64,000 bases of DNA from Bacteroidota bacterium (GTDB taxonomy: Bacteria; Bacteroidota; Bacteroidia; UKL13-3), in assembly GCA_040388375.1 (NCBI GenBank), contig JAZKBU010000005.1, positions 352,395 to 416,394 on the forward strand. Reading direction: 5' to 3'. How positions within the stretch are numbered: the stretch's first letter is position 1; every line of letters starts with the position of its first letter. A program made the position numbers and the translations under genes. This document shows positions 49,707 to 58,692 of the stretch, piece by piece. Below the pieces are notes generated by a model, which did not search any database, was not told the DNA's origin, and saw only the letters and a list, made by a program, of their open reading frames with translations.

Positions 49707-50243
49707 ATGAGTGAAATAAAATTTAATGATGAAACACTTGCCATGGTGCAAAGTATTATCAAACGTTATCCCGAAGGCAAGCAGAAATCGGCATTACTAC
49801 CACTTTTGCATTTAGCACAAGCTGAATTTAATGGTTGGTTAAGTTCACCTGTAATGGATTATGTGGCATCGTTATTAAATATTAAACCTGTTGAGGTATA
49901 TGAAGTGGCTTCGTTTTACAGTATGTACAACTTAAAGCCGGTAGGAAAATGCTTGCTTGAGGTTTGCAGAACAAGTTCATGTTGGTTACGTGGTGCTAAT
50001 GAAATAGTGGAGCATATTGAAAATAAATTGGGTATTAAAGATGGAGAAACCACTGCCGATGGTAAGTTTACTTTAAAAACAGTTGAATGTTTGGGTAGTT
50101 GCGGAACAGCGCCAATGCTTCAATTGGGTGCAGACTTTCATGAAAACCTGACATTTGAAAAAGTTGATGCTTTAATTAGCGAATGGAGCAATAAAGCTGA
50201 GCATAGTAAATATTTAGACATTGATACATTTAGAAAAAACTAA
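49707..50243 (+). CDS. nuoE: NADH-quinone oxidoreductase subunit E
   Basis: 24-kDa subunit with 2Fe-2S cysteines (C…C…CLGSCGTAP). Confidence 0.9.
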   Translation: MSEIKFNDETLAMVQSIIKRYPEGKQKSALLPLLHLAQAEFNGWLSSPVMDYVASLLNIKPVEVYEVASFYSMYNLKPVGKCLLEVCRTSSCWLRGANEIVEHIENKLGIKDGETTADGKFTLKTVECLGSCGTAPMLQLGADFHENLTFEKVDALISEWSNKAEHSKYLDIDTFRKN

Positions 50244-50275
50244 ACGTAATTATTAATTCTGAGAGCTAAATTACA

Positions 50276-51619
50276 ATGAGTAAAAAAATATTATTAGAAC
50301 ATATAAACGTACCGGGAATTAATACTTTAGCCGTATACCGTGAAAAAGGTGGTTATGCTTCAGTTGAAAAAGCTTTGAAAACAATGGCACCGGATGCTAT
50401 TGTAGAAGAGGTTAAAAAATCAGGTTTACGCGGACGTGGTGGAGCTGGTTTTCCAACAGGCATGAAATGGAGTTTTTTAGCTAAACCAGAAGGTGTAGCC
50501 AGATACTTAGTTTGTAATGCTGATGAAAGCGAACCGGGAACTTTTAAAGACAGGTATTTAATGGAAAAAATTCCTCATTTATTAATTGAGGGAATGATTA
50601 CTTCAAGCTTTGCTTTAGGAGCTAATAGTTCATACATTTATGTACGTGGGGAGTATTTTTATATTATTAAAATATTGGAAAAAGCCATTGCCGATGCTTA
50701 TGAAGCAGGTTGGTTAGGCAAAAATATTTTAGGAACTGGTTATGATTTGGATTTATATGTGCAAGCGGGTGCTGGTGCTTATATATGTGGAGAAGAAACA
50801 GCTTTATTAGAAAGCTTGGAAGGTAAACGTGGTAACCCAAGAATTAAGCCTCCATTCCCTGCTATAGCCGGTTTGTACGGTTGCCCAACAGTGGTAAACA
50901 ATGTAGAAACCATTGCAGCCGTTGTACCTATTGTAAACAATGGTGGCGATTGGTATGCAGGCATTGGTATTGGAAAATCAACAGGAACTAAATTAATTTC
51001 AGCATCAGGACATATTAATAAACCCGGTGTGTACGAAATTGAAATGGGCATTACCGTAGAAGATTTTATATATAGTGAAGAGTATTGCGGTGGTATAAAA
51101 AATGGTAAAAAACTAAAAGCAGTAGTTGCCGGAGGCTCATCAGTGCCTATTTTACCTGCCGAAATGATATTAACTACTGCCAGTGGCGAAAAACGCTTAA
51201 TGAGCTACGAAAGTTTAGCTGACGGTGGTTTTGCAACAGGAACCATGTTAGGTTCAGGCGGATTTATAGTAATGGATGAAACCACAAGTATTGTACAAAA
51301 CTTACATACGTTTGCTCGTTTCTATCACCATGAAAGCTGCGGACAATGCAGCCCATGTCGTGAAGGGACAGGTTGGATGGAAAAAATATTGCATAAAATA
51401 TTAGATGGACATGGTACTATACAAGACGTAGATTTACTTTGGGAAATTCAACGTAAAATAGAAGGAAATACCATTTGTCCGTTAGGTGATGCAGCAGCTT
51501 GGCCGGTGGCAAGTGCTATTCGTCATTTCAGACACGAGTTTGAAGAGTATGTGAAAAATCCTGCTGTAATTAAGGAAGTAAAGCATTACCATAACATGCA
51601 TAATTTAGCAACAGCATAA
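50276..51619 (+). CDS. nuoF: NADH-quinone oxidoreductase subunit F
   Basis: 51-kDa subunit with [17 protein letters not shown] motifs and a C-terminal [12 protein letters not shown] 4Fe-4S motif. Confidence 0.95.
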   Translation: MSKKILLEHINVPGINTLAVYREKGGYASVEKALKTMAPDAIVEEVKKSGLRGRGGAGFPTGMKWSFLAKPEGVARYLVCNADESEPGTFKDRYLMEKIPHLLIEGMITSSFALGANSSYIYVRGEYFYIIKILEKAIADAYEAGWLGKNILGTGYDLDLYVQAGAGAYICGEETALLESLEGKRGNPRIKPPFPAIAGLYGCPTVVNNVETIAAVVPIVNNGGDWYAGIGIGKSTGTKLISASGHINKPGVYEIEMGITVEDFIYSEEYCGGIKNGKKLKAVVAGGSSVPILPAEMILTTASGEKRLMSYESLADGGFATGTMLGSGGFIVMDETTSIVQNLHTFARFYHHESCGQCSPCREGTGWMEKILHKILDGHGTIQDVDLLWEIQRKIEGNTICPLGDAAAWPVASAIRHFRHEFEEYVKNPAVIKEVKHYHNMHNLATA

Positions 51620-51655
51620 ATATAAAGTCTGATTAACGACTAAAAGAAATTATAA

Positions 51656-52639
51656 ATGGCAAAAGTAACAATAGACGGACAAACAATAGAAGTAGCAGAC
51701 GGAACAACCATTTTGCAGGCTGCACGTATGATAGGGCCAGAAGTGGCTCCGCCAACTATGTGCTATTATAGTAAACTAAAAACCAGTGGTGGTTATTGCC
51801 GCACTTGTTTGGTTGAAGTAAGCAAAGGTTCAGAAAAAGATCCTCGTCCTATGCCTAAATTAGTAGCAAGTTGTCGTACTACTATTATGGATGGTATGGA
51901 AGTAAAAAATGTTACTTCCGAAAAAGTAATAGATGCACGTAAAGGAGTAGTAGAATTTTTATTGTTAAACCATCCTTTAGATTGCCCTATTTGTGACCAA
52001 GCAGGAGAGTGCCAGTTACAAGATTTAGGTTACGAACACGGCTCTGCTAAAACGCGTACCGATTTTGAACGTAGAACGTTTGATAAAATAAATATTGGTA
52101 ATAAAATCCAGTTACACATGACCCGTTGTATACTTTGCTACCGTTGTGTAAAAGTAGCCGAGCAAATTACCGATGGACGTGTGCATGGAGTAATGAATCG
52201 TGGCGATGCAAGTGAAATATCAACGTATATTGAACAAGCTATTGAAAACGATTTTAGCGGAAACGTAATTGATGTTTGTCCCGTTGGTGCATTAACTGAT
52301 AAAACATTCCGATTTAAAAGCCGTGTTTGGTTTACCAAACCGGTAGATGCACATAGAGATTGCGATAAATGCTGTGGCAAAGTGGTAATTTGGTATAAAG
52401 GTGAAGACGTTTTACGTGTTACCGGTCGTAAAGACCAATGGGGCGAAGTAGAAGAGTTTATTTGCAATACTTGCCGTTTTGATAAAAAGAGTACCAGTGA
52501 CTGGACTATTGAAGCTCCTACAGCTATTAGCCATCAATCAGTTATTTCAGCTAATCATTACGAGAAAATGGTAAGACCAAAAGAATTAACATTAAATAAT
52601 ATAAAACCAATTGCTTTAACGGAGGGAGATAACAAATAA
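51656..52639 (+). CDS. nuoG: NADH-quinone oxidoreductase subunit G (short form)
   Basis: 327 aa with N-terminal 2Fe-2S and 4Fe-4S cysteine clusters (C…C…C, CPICDQAGEC, CILCYRCV). It lacks the C-terminal molybdopterin-like domain. Confidence 0.85.
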   Translation: MAKVTIDGQTIEVADGTTILQAARMIGPEVAPPTMCYYSKLKTSGGYCRTCLVEVSKGSEKDPRPMPKLVASCRTTIMDGMEVKNVTSEKVIDARKGVVEFLLLNHPLDCPICDQAGECQLQDLGYEHGSAKTRTDFERRTFDKINIGNKIQLHMTRCILCYRCVKVAEQITDGRVHGVMNRGDASEISTYIEQAIENDFSGNVIDVCPVGALTDKTFRFKSRVWFTKPVDAHRDCDKCCGKVVIWYKGEDVLRVTGRKDQWGEVEEFICNTCRFDKKSTSDWTIEAPTAISHQSVISANHYEKMVRPKELTLNNIKPIALTEGDNK

Positions 52640-53700
52640 TGTTTTTATTATTTTTTAAAATAGCACTTATAGTCATTTTATTTTTAATAAGCCTAGGTGT
52701 TGCTGCTTATGCTACTTATGGTGAACGTAAGGTGGCTGCATTTATGCAAGATAGAATCGGGCCAGATCGTGCAGGACCATTTGGTCTATTACAACCCATT
52801 GCCGATGGCGTAAAAATGTTTATGAAAGAGGAAATTATTCCAAATGTTTCCGATAAGCTATTGTTTATTTTAGGTCCTTGCATTTTTATGATTACCGCTT
52901 TAATGACCAGTGCCGTTATTCCTTGGGGAACTGCAATGGAATTTAACGGTGTAAAATATGCATTGCAGGTAGCCGACATCAATATTGGAATTTTATACGT
53001 TTTTGGTGTAGTAAGTTTAGGTGTGTATGGTATTATGATTGGTGGCTGGGCGTCAAACAATAAGTTTGCTTTATTAGGTGCTGTGCGTGCTTCAAGTCAA
53101 ATGATCAGTTATGAATTGGCTATGGGTATGTCGCTTATTGCCATTATCATGATGAGTGGTTCATTAAGTTTAACGGATATTGTAACAGCACAAGGTCAAG
53201 GAAACCTTTGGGGATTTATTCCAGTAAGTGGTTTAAACTGGAACATATTTTACCAACCCTTAGGATTCATTATTTTTCTTATTTGTGCTTTTGCAGAATG
53301 TAACAGAACACCTTTTGATTTACCGGAATGTGAAACAGAATTAGTAGGTGGTTACCATACAGAATACTCATCAATGAAACTAGGTTTATACTTATTTGCC
53401 GAGTATATCAATATGTTTATTTCTGGTGCTATTATTTCTTGCTTATATTTTGGTGGTTATAACTTTCCAGGCTTAGCTTATTTAAGTTCGGTTTTAGACC
53501 CTAATATAGTGGCTGTAATTAGTTTTGGTGCCTTGTTTACAAAAGCTATTTTCTTTGTATTCTTCTTTATGTGGATTCGTTGGACAATTCCGCGTTTCCG
53601 TTACGATCAACTAATGAAATTAGGCTGGCAAGTGTTATTGCCATTATCAATATTAAATGTATTATTAACCGGTGGCGGATTAACCTTTTTTAGCAAATAA
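52639..53700 (+). CDS. nuoH: NADH-quinone oxidoreductase subunit H
   Basis: ND1-like with 8 TM helices. Its start overlaps the nuoG stop. Confidence 0.95.
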   Translation: MFLLFFKIALIVILFLISLGVAAYATYGERKVAAFMQDRIGPDRAGPFGLLQPIADGVKMFMKEEIIPNVSDKLLFILGPCIFMITALMTSAVIPWGTAMEFNGVKYALQVADINIGILYVFGVVSLGVYGIMIGGWASNNKFALLGAVRASSQMISYELAMGMSLIAIIMMSGSLSLTDIVTAQGQGNLWGFIPVSGLNWNIFYQPLGFIIFLICAFAECNRTPFDLPECETELVGGYHTEYSSMKLGLYLFAEYINMFISGAIISCLYFGGYNFPGLAYLSSVLDPNIVAVISFGALFTKAIFFVFFFMWIRWTIPRFRYDQLMKLGWQVLLPLSILNVLLTGGGLTFFSK

Positions 53701-53713
53701 AACAGAACAAAAC

Positions 53714-54262
53714 ATGGAAAATACAGTAAAAATTAATGATATAATTGATTATAAATTATTAACCGAACGCAAAGTTTTTTTATGGGGGCAGGTAGATGAT
53801 GATTCTGCTAAACACGTAATTGATAGACTACTGTATTTGGATATGATTGAACCTGGAAAGGATATCACTTTAATTATAAATAGTCCCGGTGGGTATGTTA
53901 CCTCTGGTTTTACTATTTATGACACCATAAAATCTATTAGCTCACCGGTGTCAACCGTTTGTATGGGTTTGGCAGCTTCTATGGGCTCAATATTGTTATC
54001 AGTTGGAACAAAAGGAAAACGTTATATATACCCTAATGCCAAAGTTATGATACACCAGCCAAGTGGTGGGGCTCAGGGGCAATCGTCAGACATACAAATA
54101 CAGGCACAGGAAATTTTAAAAACAAAAAGATTAGGTGCCCAGATTTTAGCTGATAACTGTGGTCAAACAATAGAAAAAGTACTAGCTGATTTTGACCGTG
54201 ATTATTGGATGGATGCAGACGAATCATTGGCATACGGAATAGTAGACGGTATAATAAAATAA
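53714..54262 (+). CDS. ClpP-family serine protease paralog (N-terminally short) embedded between nuoH and nuoI
   Basis: 182 aa. It is colinear with canonical ClpP from the ER(K/V)(V/I)FL box onward. Motifs: INSPGG…IYD; the Ser box GLAASMGSILL; the His box VMIHQPSGGAQGQSSDIQI; the Asp box DFDRDYWMDADESLAYGIVDGII. The gaps to nuoH and nuoI are 13 bp and 7 bp. Confidence 0.8.
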   Translation: MENTVKINDIIDYKLLTERKVFLWGQVDDDSAKHVIDRLLYLDMIEPGKDITLIINSPGGYVTSGFTIYDTIKSISSPVSTVCMGLAASMGSILLSVGTKGKRYIYPNAKVMIHQPSGGAQGQSSDIQIQAQEILKTKRLGAQILADNCGQTIEKVLADFDRDYWMDADESLAYGIVDGIIK

Positions 54263-54269
54263 AAGTAAA

Positions 54270-54803
54270 ATGCAATTAACCAATAGATCAAAAGTAGTAA
54301 GCAATAAGGAAATGAGCTTTAAAGAAAAGCTTTATATTCCTGCTATATTATCGGGTATGGGCGTAACTTTTAAACACATGTTTAAAAAGAGCGTTTCATT
54401 GCGTTATCCTGAAGTTACCAGGGAGTTTAGCCCGGTTTACAGGGGCTTGCACGTTTTAAAACGCGATACTCAAGGACGCGAAAACTGTACAGCTTGTGGT
54501 TTATGTGCTGTTGCATGTCCTGCAGAAGCTATTACCATGGATGCAGCAGAGCGAAAAAAAGGCGAAGAGCATTTATACCGCGAAGAAAAATATGCAGCGA
54601 AATACGAAATAAATATGCTGCGTTGTATTTTCTGTGGTTTGTGTGAAGAAGCCTGCCCTAAAGATGCCATTTATTTAACTGACAGAATTGTTGAATCGGA
54701 TTATAAACGTAACAGTTTTATATATGGTAAAGATGTGCTGGTTGAAAAAATGGAGCAACGAATAGATATTACCAAACGTAAAAAAAGCTATAAAATTGAT
54801 TAG
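54270..54803 (+). CDS. nuoI: NADH-quinone oxidoreductase subunit I
   Basis: Two 4Fe-4S ferredoxin motifs, CTACGLCAVACP and CIFCGLCEEACP. Confidence 0.9.
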   Translation: MQLTNRSKVVSNKEMSFKEKLYIPAILSGMGVTFKHMFKKSVSLRYPEVTREFSPVYRGLHVLKRDTQGRENCTACGLCAVACPAEAITMDAAERKKGEEHLYREEKYAAKYEINMLRCIFCGLCEEACPKDAIYLTDRIVESDYKRNSFIYGKDVLVEKMEQRIDITKRKKSYKID

Positions 54804-54821
54804 GATCAGAGATGGTTTTAT

Positions 54822-54854
54822 AAAAAAAGCGACTAAATTTTAGTCGCTTTTTTT
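54822..54854. terminator. bidirectional rho-independent terminator between nuoI and convergent coaD
   Basis: A7 - GCGACT-aaatttt-AGTCGC - T7. Confidence 0.75.
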
Positions 54855-54862
54855 ATGACATA

Positions 54863-55321
54863 TTACCACTTAATTTCCTTGGGTAAAAACTGACTGGTCT
54901 CGCCATTATTTCTTATTAAATCACGTACTACCGATGAACTGATGGGTGTATACGCAGGGTCGCACATTAAGAAAACAGTTTCCGTTTGCGGATGAATTAT
55001 TTTATTCATTTGGGCTATGTTTTTTTCATAGTCAAAATCAGCCATGGTGCGTATACCACGTAAAATATATTGTGCGTTTATTTCTTCACAAAAAGTAACA
55101 GTTAGTCCTTCGTATGCTTTTGCCTGTACTTTTGGTTCATCAACAAAAATATCGTGAATCCATTGTAAACGCTGCTCAATAGTGAATAATGTACTCTTAG
55201 AGCTATTATGGCCAATACCCACTATAATTTCATCAAATAAAGGTATTGCACGTTCTATTATGTTTACGTGTCCAATGGTTATAGGATCAAAAGTTCCTGG
55301 AAAAAGAGCGATGCGTTTCAT
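54863..55321 (-). CDS. coaD: pantetheine-phosphate adenylyltransferase
   Basis: The six-frame ORF extends to 55384. The start at MKRIALFPGTFDPITIGHVNIIERA (55321) fits the family N-terminus (T/HxGH motif). Confidence 0.9.
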   Translation of the reverse strand: MKRIALFPGTFDPITIGHVNIIERAIPLFDEIIVGIGHNSSKSTLFTIEQRLQWIHDIFVDEPKVQAKAYEGLTVTFCEEINAQYILRGIRTMADFDYEKNIAQMNKIIHPQTETVFLMCDPAYTPISSSVVRDLIRNNGETSQFLPKEIKW

Positions 55322-55331
55322 CAAAATAAAA

Positions 55332-55868
55332 TTAGGTATGTTTAAAAAAACTAAAAGCCGATTGGCCGTATTTTCTACAATCAAAAAAATGCTTTTGTTG
55401 GCTTAAATCCAAATTGCTTTGGTGTTCAACTATAAGCCATCCATCCATATTAAGCAGTTCTTTATTAAAAATGTGTTCAGGAATACTTGCTAAAGTATCT
55501 AATGCATAAGGTGCATCGGCAAAAATAATATCAAATTTTTCATCGCATTGCTGAATAAAAGTAAAGGCATTTTTCTTAAATGTTTTCAGCTGGGTAAACT
55601 GATGCTTTTTGGCTGTTTCTTTTATAAAGTTTACGCAGCCAAAATCTAAATCAACACTCACTACTTTATCAGCTCCTCTGCTACAAAACTCATACGCTAC
55701 ATTACCTGTTCCACTAAATAAATCTAAACAATGCAGTTTACTAAAGTTAAAGTTGTTTTCTAAAATATTGAACAAACTTTCTTTGGCCCTGTCCGTTGTG
55801 GGGCGCACTGGTAAACCTTTAGGAGGATTAATAATAATTCCTTTATGTGTGCCACTGATTATTCGCAA
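55332..55868 (-). CDS. rsmD: 16S rRNA (guanine966-N2)-methyltransferase
   Basis: N-terminal MRIISGTHKG, GLPVRPTTDRAKESLFNIL and DLFSGTGNVAYE motifs. Confidence 0.85.
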   Translation of the reverse strand: MRIISGTHKGIIINPPKGLPVRPTTDRAKESLFNILENNFNFSKLHCLDLFSGTGNVAYEFCSRGADKVVSVDLDFGCVNFIKETAKKHQFTQLKTFKKNAFTFIQQCDEKFDIIFADAPYALDTLASIPEHIFNKELLNMDGWLIVEHQSNLDLSQQKHFFDCRKYGQSAFSFFKHT

Positions 55869-56731
55869 AGCAATACGCTTGAAGCAGCAAAATAAAAATG
55901 TGCAGGCATTTTTGAAAAATCTATCGGGTAAGTGAATTTATCTAGACGTTTACCCAATTCAATTTGGCTACAATATTTTTTTAGTAATAAGTACTGGCTG
56001 TCATTTACCTCAATACCTCCAAATACCACTAAATGCAGGTCTTTACTTATATTTAATTGCTCAGCAACAGCCAATACATAATAGGCTATGTCTGTTTGGT
56101 TATCAAATTTAAAGTTGTTGTAAAAATGAATCTGGTCGTTTTTAAATTGCAAAATCTCAATATAATCAACGTGCAAATTTAAGTAAAGCGTATGCTCCCT
56201 ATTTGTTTCTTCCAAGTGGCTGCATGCTTTTATAAACAGCAATGACTGATGCAGTATTTCTGCCGTTGGCATATTGAAACGAATAAATTTCAATATTTCG
56301 TTTCTGATATTGAATAAGCTAACCGTATGATGTAAGTTTAACTTATTGTATAATACTTGCGAATTAACCTTTATACGTTTGTTTAACTGGTAATACGACT
56401 CTGATTCTATAATATTATTTAAGCTATCAGGTACTAAAGTGCAGTTGTCGTCAGCTATAATTACTTTTTTACTTTTATAGTTGGGTTTAAATTCATCAGT
56501 TACTTCCTCCAGTTCTTTTAGCTGGTCATAATTCATATCTAAAAATGAAATAGAATTATTGGTAAATATTTTAAATGAAACTACCCTGTTTATTTGTTCG
56601 TCAGCTATTATTGATAACATTTCATGCTGTGCAATAATTAAAAAGTACTGATATCTAAAACTACTTTCAGCGTTATAGTCGCTATCAATGTAATGTTTTA
56701 CTTGTAGTGATAAATTATTTTCTGTTTGCAT
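55859..56731 (-). CDS. hypothetical protein, DUF3822-like (conserved Bacteroidota neighbour of rsmD)
   Basis: 290 aa with no signal peptide. It overlaps rsmD by 10 bp. The family is assigned from memory of synteny. Confidence 0.45.
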   Translation of the reverse strand: MQTENNLSLQVKHYIDSDYNAESSFRYQYFLIIAQHEMLSIIADEQINRVVSFKIFTNNSISFLDMNYDQLKELEEVTDEFKPNYKSKKVIIADDNCTLVPDSLNNIIESESYYQLNKRIKVNSQVLYNKLNLHHTVSLFNIRNEILKFIRFNMPTAEILHQSLLFIKACSHLEETNREHTLYLNLHVDYIEILQFKNDQIHFYNNFKFDNQTDIAYYVLAVAEQLNISKDLHLVVFGGIEVNDSQYLLLKKYCSQIELGKRLDKFTYPIDFSKMPAHFYFAASSVLLCE

Positions 56732-56794
56732 GAGCTAGACTTACATTCGCAAAATATTTTATTTAACTTAAAAACGTAAATTATTTTATTAACC

Positions 56795-57256
56795 ATGATA
56801 GAAAACTTGAACTGGACGCCTGCTAATACTAATTTTAAAGAAATGATTATTGAAAAATCAGTTGGAAATTTGTTTATGCAGGATGTAGGTTATCAATTTA
56901 AAACCATAGAGGCCGGTTATATTGAAACGTATTTGGATTTAGAACAAAGGCATTTACAACAAATGGGTTTTGCTCATGGAGGTGTTACTGCTACCATGGC
57001 CGATATTACAACCGGTTTTGCTGCCTATACTTTGGTAAATACAAACCAGGGTGTAGTTACGGTTGATTTAAAAGTTAATTATATAAATCCGGGTAAAGGG
57101 CAGCGTTTAAAAGCTGTAGGGCATGTATACAAAGCAGGCAGTAAGTTGATGTTTTGTAAATGCGAAATATTTATTGTGAACAACGGACAGGAAACACAAA
57201 TAGCCTTTGCTGACAGTATAATGGCAATATTGAACGAAAGTGATGTAAAGAAATAA
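56795..57256 (+). CDS. PaaI-family hot-dog thioesterase
   Basis: HGGVTATMADITTGFAAY motif. Confidence 0.75.
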   Translation: MIENLNWTPANTNFKEMIIEKSVGNLFMQDVGYQFKTIEAGYIETYLDLEQRHLQQMGFAHGGVTATMADITTGFAAYTLVNTNQGVVTVDLKVNYINPGKGQRLKAVGHVYKAGSKLMFCKCEIFIVNNGQETQIAFADSIMAILNESDVKK

Positions 57257-57283
57257 ACCAATCAGGAGGGGAGATAGAACAAT

Positions 57284-57805
57284 TTATTCAAAGCCAAGTT
57301 GCTTGATTATTTGTTCTATTTGCCAATCTTCTACCGGATTATATTCATCTTTTAAATTACCACCAAAAAATTTGGTCATACCTTGCCAGTAATAAGCAGT
57401 AAAGCTACCCCGATATGTTTCTAATAATTCATAAGTAGTTTTACCTGTTTCTCTATAAATAAGCTTAATAAGTATTTTACCCTGGCTAACAGTCAATCCT
57501 TTTAAGTCATCCATAAACTGATCCTTTATATTGGCCTCCGTTTTCTTTAAGTAAGCTTTACGAGCCTTTTCCGTATTTAGTAACTGCAGGTTTTGCTCCA
57601 GCATTTGGTATCTGAAAGCTGCCAGCTTAGCATAGGGTAACGCTTTTTTTACGTTGTATACCAAACGCTGGTATTTTTTTTCGTATTCAGGATCCTTCTG
57701 CGCGTTTACAATAAAGTCGGGTAATGTTATGTTCCGAATAGTATCCTGTGCTTTTGAGCCAAGCATACATAACAAAGCAACGAATAGAAATAGTGATTTA
57801 GGCAT
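57284..57805 (-). CDS. secreted hypothetical protein (DUF4294-like)
   Basis: Signal peptide MPKSLFLFVALLCMLGSKAQ. Lies immediately downstream of the ECF sigma gene. Confidence 0.45.
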   Translation of the reverse strand: MPKSLFLFVALLCMLGSKAQDTIRNITLPDFIVNAQKDPEYEKKYQRLVYNVKKALPYAKLAAFRYQMLEQNLQLLNTEKARKAYLKKTEANIKDQFMDDLKGLTVSQGKILIKLIYRETGKTTYELLETYRGSFTAYYWQGMTKFFGGNLKDEYNPVEDWQIEQIIKQLGFE

Positions 57806-57845
57806 AATACTTTTTGTTCAAGAAAATATAATGCCAAAAATATCT

Positions 57846-58463
57846 TTAATTAGGTGAAATTTCAACTTGATGTTTTTTTAACAGGAATTTTAATTTTCTC
57901 ACCCCATACCTGAAACGACCTTGAATGGTATTTATATTTTCACCTAAATGGTCTGCAATTTCCCTGAATTTCATATTGCCCCATTGTTTTAAGATAATAA
58001 CCTCTTGTTGATCTTGCGGTAGCTCCAGTATTAGTTGTCGTATTATTTTAGCTTCTTGTTCAGCTTCATATTCAACAAAAGGCATTTTAACCTTGTCGTC
58101 AGCATAGTTATCAAAATAAGAGTATGATTCATCTTCGTCAGATGAACTGATGAAACTGGAGAATACAATGTCTTTTTTTCGTGATGATTTACGTAGGTAA
58201 TCGATACAAAAATTGTTGCATAAACACAGTAGATAAGGCTTGAACTTACCAATTTCAGTGTATCTACCATCATTGATTACTTCAATAATTTTGATGAATA
58301 CATTTTGGAAAATTTCTTCAGCATCATCTTTACTTTTTACTTTTTGTAAAATAGTAGCGAATGCAGCATTTTTATGCTTACGCAGTAAAATTTCAAAGCT
58401 ACGGGCATTACCATTCAGATACTGAATAATTAATTCATCGTCACTAACATTTGAAGTTTGCAT
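57846..58463 (-). CDS. ECF-type RNA polymerase sigma-70 family factor
   Basis: A region-2-like segment, then an acidic linker, then region 4 (…LPQDQQEVIILKQWGNMKFREIADHLGENINTIQGRFRYGVRKL). Confidence 0.8.
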   Translation of the reverse strand: MQTSNVSDDELIIQYLNGNARSFEILLRKHKNAAFATILQKVKSKDDAEEIFQNVFIKIIEVINDGRYTEIGKFKPYLLCLCNNFCIDYLRKSSRKKDIVFSSFISSSDEDESYSYFDNYADDKVKMPFVEYEAEQEAKIIRQLILELPQDQQEVIILKQWGNMKFREIADHLGENINTIQGRFRYGVRKLKFLLKKHQVEISPN

Positions 58464-58692
58464 GGTTTTAGGCTTTTAAAGGTTTTGTAAATCTTTTAGC
58501 AAACAGTAATTTTTAATTGGTTAGTGTAAATATGTGTGTGTATAGGCGATGAATTGGTTGATTGTGAAAACGAATTTACTAACAAATATCATAAATGCAA
58601 GTATTCGGTAAAAAAATATGAAAAATAAATTAAAACGAACTAAAAAGGAATTTAGCTCGTTAACTAATGCTGGATATTATTATAAAGCAGTA

